DNA of 64,000 nt from a virus: positions 9,721-73,720 of the IMG/VR virus record IMGVR_UViG_3300042458_002038; one strand, given 5' to 3'. Below are positions 1 through 10,141 of this stretch, piece after piece. The notes under the pieces were generated by a model. It ran no database searches and was not told where the DNA came from. It worked only from the letters and a program-made list of their open reading frames with translations. A program made the translations under genes and the position numbers. Each line of letters starts with the position of its first letter. Within the stretch, counting starts at the first letter, position 1.

Positions 1-39
1 CTAGATCTACAGGATCATGAACAAAAGTTTTGCGTTCAT

Positions 40-204
40 TCATAATGTACCCCAATCAATAAAGATACCCCTTTCAACGCTTTTGTCTTTGCGACTATCG
101 GAGTGTTTACTCTTTTTGAGTTTTTTATTTCCAGCATTATAGTCGTCATCATAATATGATTGTTTGCGACCATTAGACCCTTTGCTTTTGCGACTCTTTC
201 CCAT
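40..204 (-). CDS. small basic hypothetical protein (54 aa)
   Basis: Read by hand: MGKSRKSKGSNGRKQSYYDDDY...IDWGTL*. Its stop overlaps the ATG (43) of the next ORF, which runs off the window edge. Confidence 0.55.
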   Translation of the reverse strand: MGKSRKSKGSNGRKQSYYDDDYNAGNKKLKKSKHSDSRKDKSVERGIFIDWGTL

Positions 205-209
205 ACTCT

Positions 210-482
210 TTATCGGGTTTCCATATTTTTCTTTGCGTATCGGCCATTTGCCTTTTGAATCTTTTTCAGCACATCATTCCATCCACTACCAGCGCGTTGT
301 AATACTGTTTGAGCGCCCTCATATGAAATGCGCGGCGCGCTGCTAATGATGCGTTTGATTACTCCTTCACCTTCAGCTGCACATGCTACACAATGCTGTG
401 TTAGTGGAACATCTCGGTCAGCCATACTCAGACTTGCGTCCCATTCATGCTCACATGATGTACATTTAAATGTATAGGTCAT
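210..482 (-). CDS. FmdB-type zinc-ribbon protein
   Basis: YTFKCTSCEH...CVAC; GWNDVLKKI C-terminal part typical of T4-like phages. Confidence 0.75.
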   Translation of the reverse strand: MTYTFKCTSCEHEWDASLSMADRDVPLTQHCVACAAEGEGVIKRIISSAPRISYEGAQTVLQRAGSGWNDVLKKIQKANGRYAKKNMETR

Positions 483-925
483 GCTGTTGGTGGAAGCAGA
501 TTTGGAAATGCTTGCTTAACTAAACTAACAGTAAGCAATGGATACAATTCACTAAGCTTTTGATCTTTAACCGCAATTATAATTTCTGCATCTTTGACAT
601 GACTATTCTCAAGCAATTTGATAAACAGCATTTCTTTTTTTAAGCGCGGCAAATTAGGATTGCTAATTAGCAGCCTCCGCAGTATATCAATCTGCTTCTT
701 AAGAGGAGTTGGTTGCAATCCAGCAGGGCTTTCATCAGCCTTAAATGGAGGAGCTCCTTCAGGAAGATCAAACTTAACTCCTGGGATAAATGCCAATTGC
801 AACAGCAACTCAATTACATAGCTGTTATTGTTTTTTAGAGTATCAATTCTCTCGTTGAGCTTTGTGGTTTTTTCAAGCAGCTCAAATACCTCATGCGGTA
901 ACTTTTCATGCATTCTTCTAATCAT
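479..925 (-). CDS. conserved T4-like hypothetical protein next to RNase H
   Basis: FDLPEGAPPF, KKEMLFIKLLE motifs. Start placed at MIRRMHEK. Confidence 0.65.
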   Translation of the reverse strand: MIRRMHEKLPHEVFELLEKTTKLNERIDTLKNNNSYVIELLLQLAFIPGVKFDLPEGAPPFKADESPAGLQPTPLKKQIDILRRLLISNPNLPRLKKEMLFIKLLENSHVKDAEIIIAVKDQKLSELYPLLTVSLVKQAFPNLLPPTA

Positions 926-929
926 ATGT

Positions 930-1796
930 TTATTTGGTGAAAAATTCTGATGCACTGCTAATAAGCATATTGCAACGTTTAGATATCAGATAGTTAAGAA
1001 CCTTACTATTGTTTTTAACTGGAGCTGAGTTGTATTCTGTAAGGATAGCATCACGCACTTCCGCAGGCACTCGCTCAAGATCAATCACGGTACGGTTACG
1101 AATATAATTGCGGTAAGTTTCCTCAGGCATAACATTTTGCAGCTTGCCAGCTTTATCAGCTGAGATCCATTCATCAATTTTAGTTGCACGCAATGCGGTT
1201 TGACGAATGCTATCAGTAAATGTATTGTCGGGACTAAGAACATTTGGTACGCCATCACCGCTATCACCTTTGAGAACATGCTCCATCAGATAACGTGCAG
1301 GATTTTTATCGCTAATAAGCTTCTTGGTCATTGGACTCCATTGTGCGACATTATCATATCGCTGCAATTGAATAAAGTCTTTGTCGGCACTAATAATCAT
1401 GACTGGCTCATAGTTGCCAAATTCTTGAGTGGTTTCTACGAGTGCAGCAATAACATCGTCAGCTTCTGCCTTATCAGTTTGTACTACAGTGTATGGCAAA
1501 TGCTCGACAATTTCAGCTTTGACATTATTGAGAATGCGGAAGATTTCCTTCCAGTCCATGCTGCTTTCTTCGCGATTCTTACGGCGTGCTGCTTTATATT
1601 GTGGATAGTAATCTTTGCGCCAGCTGCCGCCGTCGCAGGCAATAACCATCTTACCATACTTATCACGGTACTTGAGGTTATACATGCGCAGGCTATTTAG
1701 AATAATATGTCGAAGAAAGTCTTCTTCAATTTTATTGCTCTTTGCTTGGCTAAAGACACTTGAAATGGCGATTCCGCTATAGTCGATTATAATCAT
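930..1796 (-). CDS. rnh: T4-type RNase H (5'-3' exonuclease)
   Basis: IIIDYS, WRKDYYPQYKAAR, EADD, SADKDFIQL, GDSGDGVPN. Confidence 0.93.
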   Translation of the reverse strand: MIIIDYSGIAISSVFSQAKSNKIEEDFLRHIILNSLRMYNLKYRDKYGKMVIACDGGSWRKDYYPQYKAARRKNREESSMDWKEIFRILNNVKAEIVEHLPYTVVQTDKAEADDVIAALVETTQEFGNYEPVMIISADKDFIQLQRYDNVAQWSPMTKKLISDKNPARYLMEHVLKGDSGDGVPNVLSPDNTFTDSIRQTALRATKIDEWISADKAGKLQNVMPEETYRNYIRNRTVIDLERVPAEVRDAILTEYNSAPVKNNSKVLNYLISKRCNMLISSASEFFTK

Positions 1797-1816
1797 TTTG
1801 ATTTGGTTGTATGTAA

Positions 1817-1845
1817 TTATAATCTAAAAACGAAAGAATGTAAAC
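1817..1845 (-). promoter_or_regulatory. sigma70-type promoter for rnh
   Basis: TTTACA-N17-TATAAT on the minus strand. Confidence 0.7.
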
Positions 1846-2276
1846 TACTTTTTCCACAGATTTTTTATATGTTTCGAATGAATGCGGCAGCCGATAAAAG
1901 CATTATAGTAATCGTCACTTAGGAGCACTTCTCGGTCAAAATGGTACTTTGCTTCAATGTATGACAGCTCGCCTTTTGCTTTACCAAACGCAAGTATCTC
2001 TCTTGAGAAGGTGTCCTCCCGTTCTTCAACCAGCTGCTTAACGAGTTCGCTACTTCCATAATATGTTTGCCAATCGCTGTGTACTATTTTTTTGCGCTTG
2101 CGCTTTGTTCCTTTAAGTGGAGGTAATTTTTTGGTTGTGGTTAATAGCTTTTTACCAATGTATTTTTTACCATTGGTATTGTCGGTTACTTCATATATGA
2201 ATCCAATGTAACCTTCAGCTATCTTTTCAACCGCGTGTGTAACACTAAATACTTCTCCATCGTAATACCATTCCAT
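1845..2276 (-). CDS. short GIY-YIG-like nuclease-domain protein
   Basis: GFIYEVT...KYIGKK...YYGSS...REIL. Confidence 0.7.
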   Translation of the reverse strand: MEWYYDGEVFSVTHAVEKIAEGYIGFIYEVTDNTNGKKYIGKKLLTTTKKLPPLKGTKRKRKKIVHSDWQTYYGSSELVKQLVEEREDTFSREILAFGKAKGELSYIEAKYHFDREVLLSDDYYNAFIGCRIHSKHIKNLWKK

Positions 2277-2286
2277 GTATTATATA

Positions 2287-2499
2287 TCAAAGCAATTCAT
2301 CATCGCTGGCGTCAACCTCTCCATTATAATCACGATGAATACCACAGAAAGGGCAATACTCAGGATACAGCTCTTCTGATTCGTCAAATTCTTCTAACTC
2401 ATCTTCATCTTGAATATCATTATAGTATTCGCTGTTATCATCGTCCCAAATGATTTCATACACATGTTTGCAACTAGGGCATTTGTTTGTTTCAATCAT
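2287..2499 (-). CDS. acidic zinc-ribbon protein
   Basis: CPSC...CPFCG with an acidic insert. Confidence 0.6.
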   Translation of the reverse strand: MIETNKCPSCKHVYEIIWDDDNSEYYNDIQDEDELEEFDESEELYPEYCPFCGIHRDYNGEVDASDDELL

Positions 2500-2674
2500 T
2501 ATCTTTTAGTTCTTCTTTGCGTTGATGGTAAGCTAATATTGGAATGATTGGCCATGTGCATAAAAACACAACGGATGTAATCAATAATATGATTACCAAT
2601 AGTGGAACACTAAACAGCGTTCCAACTGCATACCAGAATGGTGAAAGATTATCGGATGGTGATTTTTCGGTCAT
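2492..2674 (-). CDS. small membrane protein
   Basis: long hydrophobic stretch, overlapping neighbours in operon. Confidence 0.55.
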   Translation of the reverse strand: MTEKSPSDNLSPFWYAVGTLFSVPLLVIILLITSVVFLCTWPIIPILAYHQRKEELKDND

Positions 2675-4335
2675 TATGCTTCACAGGTTGAACATGTCAT
2701 GATACTGCGCGCCAACTCTTGAGCAGGATTTGCGCTACGTTGATAATACAATCCTTTGACTCCACTTTCCCATGCAAAAATCATTAGTTCGTTTACTTCT
2801 TTTGGTTTGGCATTAGGCGCAATCATTAGATTGAGACTTTGCCCTTGATCTATATATCGTTGTCTTTGAGCGGCCTGTATAACAATTTCCTTTTGAGCAA
2901 TTTCACCAAAGGTTTTATATACTGCTTTTTCTTCATCCGTTAGTGTTGTTAGATGTTGAATACTTCCGCCATGAATAAGAATATCACGCCAAGTTTCGCT
3001 GTTGTCCAAACCTTTACTCTTAAGCAACTTTGTTAGGTATGGATTCTTATATGTAAATTTACCCTTTGCAAGATCCTTAACAAAATAGTTACTGTTAAGA
3101 GGTTCAATGCTTGGGCTTACTTGGCCTAGAATAAATGATGAACTTGTGGTTGGTGCAATTGCAATGGTTGTTGCGTTGCGTCGGCCATAGCCAGTTAGCA
3201 ATTCAGGTTCGCCATACAAGGCCGCAAGTTGCTCTGTAGCAGAGTCACACTTTTCGCGCAGCGTCTTAAAGATACCAATATTTTCCATCTTGGCTTCCAT
3301 ACTTTCAAATGGCAAGGCTTTACTTTGCAGGTAACTGTGCCAGCCAAGAACACCTACACCCAATGCGCGCTGATTGATTGCAAAACGACGCGGAGCATCC
3401 ATATGCGCCATTCCTTCGGTCTTGTCAATAAATTCAGTCATAACACTATCAAGGAAATATACCAATGTTTCAATTGCGTCAGTATCTTTTAGGTCATCCC
3501 AACGCTCAAGGTTGATGGAAGATAGGTTACACACAAAGCTTTCATCTTTACTTGTGCTTAGGTAAATTTCATTGCAAAGGTTGCTAGCAAAAATTGTTTT
3601 ACCTTTGTCCTTGTATACTTGAGGCGCGCCATTGTTTGCGGTATCACTAAAGAACAGGTATGGATAACCACTTTCAAAACGCTTCTTGATGACTAATCCC
3701 CATGTCTTGCGTGCATCTTTATCACCATCAATCATGCGCTTCATCCATGCGTCACTAACCGTAACGCCAATACTCATGTCCTGAATGGTGTGGCCTTCTC
3801 CTTTGATTTTTAAGAATTCTTCAATGTCAGGATGGTCAATTGGCAGGTATGCCGCAAAGCTGCCACGACGAACATTACCTTGAGATACCACACTCATCAG
3901 TTTGTCATAAAGCTCCATGAAGTGAACCGCGCCGGTGCTTGTTCCACCAGTACTAATAGGAGTGCCGCGGCCGCGCAATGCTCCAAAGTATGCACTAGTA
4001 CCTCCTCCATTTTTTGTCATCATTGTGATTTCAGAGATTTTATAACCAGCAATCTCTTCAAGGGTATCATCAATGTATGTACCAAAACAACTGATAGGCA
4101 ATCCACGCTCACGACCACTATTACTCCAAATTGGGCTGCTTAGTGAATAGAATCCTTTGTGTAGATAGCTTTCAAACTTGTCAGCAAATCCAGAGATTCC
4201 TAATCGTGTTTCAGCCGCAACAGCAATATCACGCATGCGGCTTTCCGCAGTTTCTCCAGCTTCCTCAAGTACATAGCCTCTGCTTAGGAACTTGCGGCTA
4301 TCTTTATTCAACCAATAAATGTCTTCTTTACTCAT
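2674..4335 (-). CDS. nrdA: class I ribonucleotide reductase alpha subunit (short, no ATP cone)
   Basis: PISCF, SNLCNEI, VCNLSS, APTTSSS, GVKGLYY, C-terminal CSTC. Confidence 0.95.
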   Translation of the reverse strand: MSKEDIYWLNKDSRKFLSRGYVLEEAGETAESRMRDIAVAAETRLGISGFADKFESYLHKGFYSLSSPIWSNSGRERGLPISCFGTYIDDTLEEIAGYKISEITMMTKNGGGTSAYFGALRGRGTPISTGGTSTGAVHFMELYDKLMSVVSQGNVRRGSFAAYLPIDHPDIEEFLKIKGEGHTIQDMSIGVTVSDAWMKRMIDGDKDARKTWGLVIKKRFESGYPYLFFSDTANNGAPQVYKDKGKTIFASNLCNEIYLSTSKDESFVCNLSSINLERWDDLKDTDAIETLVYFLDSVMTEFIDKTEGMAHMDAPRRFAINQRALGVGVLGWHSYLQSKALPFESMEAKMENIGIFKTLREKCDSATEQLAALYGEPELLTGYGRRNATTIAIAPTTSSSFILGQVSPSIEPLNSNYFVKDLAKGKFTYKNPYLTKLLKSKGLDNSETWRDILIHGGSIQHLTTLTDEEKAVYKTFGEIAQKEIVIQAAQRQRYIDQGQSLNLMIAPNAKPKEVNELMIFAWESGVKGLYYQRSANPAQELARSIMTCSTCEA

Positions 4336-4350
4336 AATCTAAAGTATATA

Positions 4351-5343
4351 TTAGAACAAGTCATCCTCGCCAAAGCTTTGATTTTTCTTGCTATATTCAA
4401 CTGGGCGGCTTGCAAAAAAGTCAGTCATGTTGTTGCCATGAAGCTGTTCGTCAAACCACATTGTCTCAGCAATCAATGCTTCATCAATATCAAATGGTTT
4501 GCGGAATCCAATTTGGGTCATGCTTTCATTGATACGATTCTTGATAAACTCTTTAAGAATTGGTGCGCTCAAGCCTGTTTCATTGATGCCGTTAATCATC
4601 CAATCCACAATCTTGCTTTCTGCTTTATATGCTTCATGTGCAGCAGCAATAATACGCTCTTCCAACTCATCATCAAACATATCAGGCAATTCCTTCCTCA
4701 TAGTATTGATAATTTGAACACCAACCAACGCATGAATGTTTTCTTCATTGCGCGTATACTTAACTTGTTGATCAGCATGCGGCAATACATTTTCAAAAGT
4801 CTTAAACCAATTGATAATATAAAATTGGCTAAACAAGCTAACGTTCTCAACAAACAGTGTAAAGAGCGTTAATGCATACAAGTATTGTTTGTTGCTGTCC
4901 TTATAAAAGCGGTGTGTATACTTCTTTAGATATTTAACACGCCCTTGAATCCATTCCAATTTAAGATTCTCTTCAAATACATCTTCCATATCCAATACAC
5001 TAATCAAACGCTCATATGCGTTGTTGTGAATCACTTCAGTATTAGCCATAACAAAACCTAAGTCCTGCAGCGATGGATGCGGCAAGTTATCGCCAAGCTT
5101 TGCCCAAAAGGTTTTTACAGCAACCTCAATTTGACCAATTGCGCTTAATGTACGTATAACAATTTCGCGACGGCGATCATCAAGAACTGTTTTAAAGTCA
5201 TGTACATCCGGCTGAAAACTAAATTCTTTGTCAGTCCAAAATCCATCATGCATTGCTTGAATGAATTGTTCGGTCCATGGGTATCTGTTTGGTTTGCGCG
5301 AGACTTGCTCGTCAAAGATTGTGGTTGCAGTAGTGTTATTCAT
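4351..5343 (-). CDS. nrdB: class I ribonucleotide reductase beta subunit
   Basis: FW, EVIHNNAY, ENVSLFSQF, EENIH, DFF..RPVEY. Confidence 0.95.
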   Translation of the reverse strand: MNNTTATTIFDEQVSRKPNRYPWTEQFIQAMHDGFWTDKEFSFQPDVHDFKTVLDDRRREIVIRTLSAIGQIEVAVKTFWAKLGDNLPHPSLQDLGFVMANTEVIHNNAYERLISVLDMEDVFEENLKLEWIQGRVKYLKKYTHRFYKDSNKQYLYALTLFTLFVENVSLFSQFYIINWFKTFENVLPHADQQVKYTRNEENIHALVGVQIINTMRKELPDMFDDELEERIIAAAHEAYKAESKIVDWMINGINETGLSAPILKEFIKNRINESMTQIGFRKPFDIDEALIAETMWFDEQLHGNNMTDFFASRPVEYSKKNQSFGEDDLF

Positions 5344-5447
5344 TTGTTTAAAGAAAGTTTAGTAAAAAAATAGGCTACAGTGAAGTAGCCCGCTTCTATA
5401 GAAATTATATATCAAATTTCTACATATGTAAATCTTTATTTTGCAGT

Positions 5448-5969
5448 TTATGCGCCTTTAGTCTCGACGTACTTCTTGAGCTTAACATAATACTCAGGAT
5501 CCTCAGCTAAATGATGTTTAGCTATTATGGTAGCAATTTCTGTATGCGGTGTATGTTCTGACTCTACACTTATACCCGCTTTTAATTGAGTTGGGTCATA
5601 GTCAATTTGAGTGTCAACCGGTTTAAAGAATCCCTCATAGTTTGCTATTTTTGTGTCGGCTTCATTAAGCGCACGACGACGTATGCTGCGCATTGCACCA
5701 GTATCTCCATTGCGCAGTATGATGGTATGATCACGATTTTTCATTGCATAATCGTAAATTGCTTTTTCAGCGTCATCTTGCAGATTTAAGTATTTGCTCC
5801 AGCGCTCAAACCGATTGCGACCAGTTTCAAACTTGCGAAATGTATCGCTATTAACATCAAACTGCATAAACTTTTTGCGACGAATCATGCTGTCGCTGTT
5901 GTCATGAGGGCGATTACCAGTTGCTGGCAATGCTACATTTGCGGTGGTGGTATCTTCTTTAGCGTTCAT
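5448..5969 (-). CDS. hypothetical protein with C-terminal DUF5661-like domain
   Basis: GISVESEHT...IAKHHLAEDPEYYVKL. Confidence 0.6.
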   Translation of the reverse strand: MNAKEDTTTANVALPATGNRPHDNSDSMIRRKKFMQFDVNSDTFRKFETGRNRFERWSKYLNLQDDAEKAIYDYAMKNRDHTIILRNGDTGAMRSIRRRALNEADTKIANYEGFFKPVDTQIDYDPTQLKAGISVESEHTPHTEIATIIAKHHLAEDPEYYVKLKKYVETKGA

Positions 5970-6550
5970 CTTTTAAGGTCGTGCGGTGTTACAAATAGGG
6001 TCTGTTTGGTTTTTACATGGCATACTTCATAAACGGGCACACCTAAAATTGATCCAACCGCAACCGCGTTTTCTTTTACAACCACTTGGGTATTTATAAT
6101 TTGAAGTTCTTCACCTGTGCTTGGGAATGCAATGTTTCTTGCAAGTGAATATACACCGCCTTGCAGCGTAGAGTCCTCATTGATATACCATGTGCTTTCA
6201 ATGAGGCTATTCATGTCAATGTCAACGCCAGTAACTTCATGCAATATACTGTGCATTCTTTTGTCGCTGATACCTGTATGTTCTTTAATAAGCCACAGCG
6301 CAGCAAGATAGCTAGCTACGGTTGTTTTACCAAATGGAATCTTATTGAGCAGTCGCTTTATGCGAAATACCAATCTGTGAAAGATGTTGTATTTACTGCG
6401 TTCGCTCATGTCGATTGGCTTACGCAATACCTTTCCTTCGGCATCAACTATACCCAGTTTGTAAGCACCTGTTTTTTCCCAAGGAGTAGTAAGCAGTCGC
6501 AGGAAACGAAATGCAAAGTATGTGTCTGTAGCAGTTGAAAAGAATCCCAT
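5966..6550 (-). CDS. conserved T4-like hypothetical protein
   Basis: FRFLRLLTTPWEKTGAYKLGIVD...FHRLVFRIKRL. Confidence 0.65.
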   Translation of the reverse strand: MGFFSTATDTYFAFRFLRLLTTPWEKTGAYKLGIVDAEGKVLRKPIDMSERSKYNIFHRLVFRIKRLLNKIPFGKTTVASYLAALWLIKEHTGISDKRMHSILHEVTGVDIDMNSLIESTWYINEDSTLQGGVYSLARNIAFPSTGEELQIINTQVVVKENAVAVGSILGVPVYEVCHVKTKQTLFVTPHDLKR

Positions 6551-6557
6551 AATGTAT

Positions 6558-6926
6558 TTATAATTTTTGAAGTACTCGTGCAACCCGCAAGTCAATAGGT
6601 ATGTTAAGATATTCTCCTTCAGGAATATAGTTAAGATAGAGCAAAAAAGTTTTTAATGCGGGCCAATGTGTTTCTTTGATTTTAAAAAAGCACATGCGCG
6701 TTGCTGCAGAGATGTTAAACACGTTGTGCATAATGATCAAATGATTTAAAATCAGTCGTTCCTGAAGTATACTTTTTTCTTGGTATTTCTTTAAAAGCTT
6801 TTTGATATATTTAAGACGATTAAGGTCCTCATGAAATTCTTTTACATCAAGGCAGCGTGGATTGTTATAATTGGTAGCTGCATACAGTAGAAAATTCTTT
6901 TCTGTCAAGTCATGCGTACGTTTCAT
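6558..6926 (-). CDS. conserved T4-like hypothetical protein
   Basis: YNNPRC..EFHEDL.R.KYIK...LILNHLII..NVF. Confidence 0.7.
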   Translation of the reverse strand: MKRTHDLTEKNFLLYAATNYNNPRCLDVKEFHEDLNRLKYIKKLLKKYQEKSILQERLILNHLIIMHNVFNISAATRMCFFKIKETHWPALKTFLLYLNYIPEGEYLNIPIDLRVARVLQKL

Positions 6927-7635
6927 ATTCAAATGTATAACCAAATTTATTTATGACTTCTTTAGCATGATCATATACCAAATCACGCAATGATTTTGAA
7001 TAGTATTCACAATAGTCATCCTTTGTAGTAGTATTTATTGGCAACATATTGTTAAGTTGGTACTTTACCTGTGGTGTCATATCTCCTACAGCTGTTATAA
7101 ATGCTGACAAGTCATCTTTTAATGTTTCGGTTTTACCAATTACTGTTGCATGTTGTAAATAAAGGTTACAAACGTGTGTATAATAATCATATTGATTATT
7201 TAACCATTCACGAGCAATAGGCTTATATGTATTCTTTAATCTTTTTTGCAATTCCCAATCATCCGAATCAACAAAATAATTTTGCATCATTACAATGCGG
7301 TTGTTTTTAATAAGGTCATGCTTAAATTGATGTGATGGCGACAATAGAGTTTTTAAGAATGTTTCAAATGATACAGTCTTAACACCAAATGTCATCATAA
7401 TGCTTTGCGGCCAAATTGGCATTTCCATTTCTGAACCGTATATACAAAACTTATAAAGAGAAACATACCATGCCCAAGGATTTCTTACTGCTGCAAAGCA
7501 ATGAGTATATTCTTTTGGCATCCAATCCAAATTGCAATCATGGCCTTCTGTTATAATGCTGCTTAATACAGAATCCATCCATGTTCCGCCGGTTTTAGGC
7601 ACATGCAAGTATACTGCATTTTTAGTTATATACAT
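6910..7635 (-). CDS. sulfotransferase family 2-like protein
   Basis: HVPKTGGT (5'-PSB) and VRNPWAWYVSLY (3'-PB) PAPS-binding motifs. Confidence 0.75.
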   Translation of the reverse strand: MYITKNAVYLHVPKTGGTWMDSVLSSIITEGHDCNLDWMPKEYTHCFAAVRNPWAWYVSLYKFCIYGSEMEMPIWPQSIMMTFGVKTVSFETFLKTLLSPSHQFKHDLIKNNRIVMMQNYFVDSDDWELQKRLKNTYKPIAREWLNNQYDYYTHVCNLYLQHATVIGKTETLKDDLSAFITAVGDMTPQVKYQLNNMLPINTTTKDDYCEYYSKSLRDLVYDHAKEVINKFGYTFEYETYA

Positions 7636-7970
7636 TATTTTTTAAGCAAGTCGCTAACACTCTTGCCTGCTTCCCAGAATCTGCAGCTCCAATAGTTAGC
7701 TTTCCACTTTGGGCCGGGATCTGTATCACATCCATGGCGTGCACGATAACTTTTTAGACGTGCTGGGTCGTCTCGTTTGATTTCCATATTAGGATCGCCA
7801 AAACCAAGTTTGATTACATTACCTTTTTCATTTTTGACATATACATAAAACTTATGTTTATCGTCATCGCTGCGAAATGGCTTGTTGAGTGTTACTTCTC
7901 GCCCATCATATTCGGCCGCTTCAAACAGCGTAAATGTTGGAGTCTCCAGGATTTGTTGTAATGTCTTCAT
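7635..7970 (-). CDS. conserved phage protein (DUF6321-like)
   Basis: VTLNKP, FGDPNMEIK, SYRARHGC, ANYWSC. Confidence 0.65.
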   Translation of the reverse strand: MKTLQQILETPTFTLFEAAEYDGREVTLNKPFRSDDDKHKFYVYVKNEKGNVIKLGFGDPNMEIKRDDPARLKSYRARHGCDTDPGPKWKANYWSCRFWEAGKSVSDLLKK

Positions 7971-9298
7971 ATGATTTGATACCATGCAAGGCTGCCTGTA
8001 TATTTTGTGTTTGTGCCAGTCGATGTAATTGCAACAGTATACGTATCAGACACTCCAGCTATAGTTCTACCAATTTGTAATGTAACATCGGCAGCCAGTG
8101 TGGTGTTAACACTTCCACTATTACTTGTGAAATATCCAGTCTTTACCAACACACCGCCGGTGATCGTTGATACACTAGTTGTAAATTCGGCTGTGTCACA
8201 ATCCGCATGTGTTGTCCATGTAGGAGCGGTGCCAAATGTAGCGTTACGAAGTAAAGCCCATTGATATGATTTGTTACTTTCTCCTAGCAATTCAATATCA
8301 GTAGGAATAATTATACCATCAGTTTTGCCTGTGGCCAATCGTATTGAAACTACATTATAGAATAATCCATCTGTGGCTGCAGTACGAAGATTGGCCGATG
8401 ATATATTAGCGGTTGCTAATTGATTATATGTAATGCTAGTTGGGTTAAAACCACCTTCACTAATTACAGTATTACATACCTGTTTAATGAATGGGCTTGT
8501 AGAACCAGTGTTGGTCAATTCATATCTTATAGGCAACACCGCGGTTGTCATATAGGAAGTGGTGTTGATATTATCATTATGGAATGTATGTGCAACAACC
8601 ATTCGGCCGTCAACAATAAATCCGCAACGAACATCACCAACACCCAGCCATTCGATATCCATCCAGAATATATTTGATTTACTAATATCTAAAATTCTGC
8701 CACTAATTCCGGTTCCGTCAAACTTATCGCCATTCCAATTTGCCTGCTCAACAGAAATTTCTGTTGAATTGCCAACTGTTGTATTTGTGCTGTCTGATCG
8801 CAATACAAATCGTAAGCCATTACCATTACGAGGCGTCACTACATCGGCGGTGCCGTTTGTTTGTTCAAGATAAATGCCATTATCACTGCTAAAATAACCG
8901 ATTCGTTGCGTAACTGTTTTTGATCCGGTTGTGGTACGGGCACTGAAAGCAAAACTATTCATTAAGAGCAATGATTTTCCTGGCTGATAAGGAAATACAA
9001 CATTGCTTTGTCTCGTCACAGTTCCAGCACCGGCTGGCGCCTTTAAGTCAACAGCGCTTTCACTTTGTATATAAGCTACTGCACCAGTTCCGGTAAGAAC
9101 ATTATTCCATTTTTTATTTTCTGAATATCGATGCTGACTATCAAATAATGTATAAGGTTCAGCCACACGAAGGCGCCCAAACCCGTCAGATGCTGTTGAG
9201 GTTGCAGTTGCAGCACTTGAAGAATTGCTGGTAAACCCATAGTCAAGATAATCCTCAATCTTACGAGACAACGTGCGAGGAGCGGTATAGTGTGGCAT
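7967..9298 (-). CDS. putative virion structural protein
   Basis: DGFGRLRVAEPYTLFDS, YQPGKS, EWLGVG; T/G-rich beta protein; TATAAATA at 9306-9313. Confidence 0.65.
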   Translation of the reverse strand: MPHYTAPRTLSRKIEDYLDYGFTSNSSSAATATSTASDGFGRLRVAEPYTLFDSQHRYSENKKWNNVLTGTGAVAYIQSESAVDLKAPAGAGTVTRQSNVVFPYQPGKSLLLMNSFAFSARTTTGSKTVTQRIGYFSSDNGIYLEQTNGTADVVTPRNGNGLRFVLRSDSTNTTVGNSTEISVEQANWNGDKFDGTGISGRILDISKSNIFWMDIEWLGVGDVRCGFIVDGRMVVAHTFHNDNINTTSYMTTAVLPIRYELTNTGSTSPFIKQVCNTVISEGGFNPTSITYNQLATANISSANLRTAATDGLFYNVVSIRLATGKTDGIIIPTDIELLGESNKSYQWALLRNATFGTAPTWTTHADCDTAEFTTSVSTITGGVLVKTGYFTSNSGSVNTTLAADVTLQIGRTIAGVSDTYTVAITSTGTNTKYTGSLAWYQII

Positions 9299-9314
9299 AA
9301 CAATCTATTTATAA

Positions 9315-10085
9315 TTAAGCACAGCTTTTAACCATCTTTGCTTCTTCATCGCGGCGTGTAAGTAATCCATCCAAACCTTTGCCAACCCAAAGACGTTTCA
9401 TATCAACGATTTGATCTGCAATGTAGTTGTAAATGTCGGCACGATTGGCAGCAATCGCATTCTTGATGTTTAACATTTCAGCACGTGAACTGCCAGTTGT
9501 GCTGCCACCACGATTAAATACCAAACTTACAAGTGCGCCAAAGGCGTCCTCGTGTAGTCGTTCAGAGCCTGGGAATGCACGAACAGTTTCCTTGATAAAG
9601 CGCGGTAGTGTATTGCTTTTGAATACAACTTCAGCATCTTCCCAAGGTATACTAATATCTTTAACACTACTGATTGCAGCCTTTGCAGCGCCACTCTTTT
9701 TGCCAAGGTGTGACACAAGGCGACCATAATCCGAATCGCTCAATACACCTTTCCAGTCGTCTGCAAATTGAGCAGTAGTATTGTAACCCATATCATAACC
9801 AATACCAATGGTAACACCACTTTCACCACCTGGGTAACATGGGTGCTTCAATGCTTTATTGTAATAGCTTGCCCCTCCACCCACTTCATACTTAAGAATA
9901 AGTTTATAGGCAGCGTCACCAATACCAACAACGGTTGAGGTTGATACTGGTGCAACAGTAGCTGCAGCTACACCAATCTTAGCTGCAATAGCAGTCCATG
10001 TGTGTGCGCCGTCAACACCATCAGCATCCAAACCCAATGCAGCTTGAACACTCTTAACAATTTGTTTTCTTCCGTCGAATTGCAT
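9315..10085 (-). CDS. endolysin/lysozyme (peptidoglycan-binding domain plus pesticin-like muramidase)
   Basis: VQAALGLDADGVDGAHT; SGVTIGIGYDMG; ALVSLVFNRG; GLLTRRDEEA. Confidence 0.85.
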   Translation of the reverse strand: MQFDGRKQIVKSVQAALGLDADGVDGAHTWTAIAAKIGVAAATVAPVSTSTVVGIGDAAYKLILKYEVGGGASYYNKALKHPCYPGGESGVTIGIGYDMGYNTTAQFADDWKGVLSDSDYGRLVSHLGKKSGAAKAAISSVKDISIPWEDAEVVFKSNTLPRFIKETVRAFPGSERLHEDAFGALVSLVFNRGGSTTGSSRAEMLNIKNAIAANRADIYNYIADQIVDMKRLWVGKGLDGLLTRRDEEAKMVKSCA

Positions 10086-10112
10086 TTATTTTGTAATTTA
10101 TGAATTTTATCC

Positions 10113-10141
10113 TTTACAAGTTTAATGTCATATGGTATAAT
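10113..10141 (+). promoter_or_regulatory. orphan plus-strand sigma70-type promoter
   Basis: TTTACA-N17-TATAAT with no plus-strand gene downstream. Confidence 0.6.

Noticed and set aside
4351-4440. NrdB MTDFF as a clamp-binding motif
   Set aside because: It is part of the conserved NrdB DFF..R..Y tail.
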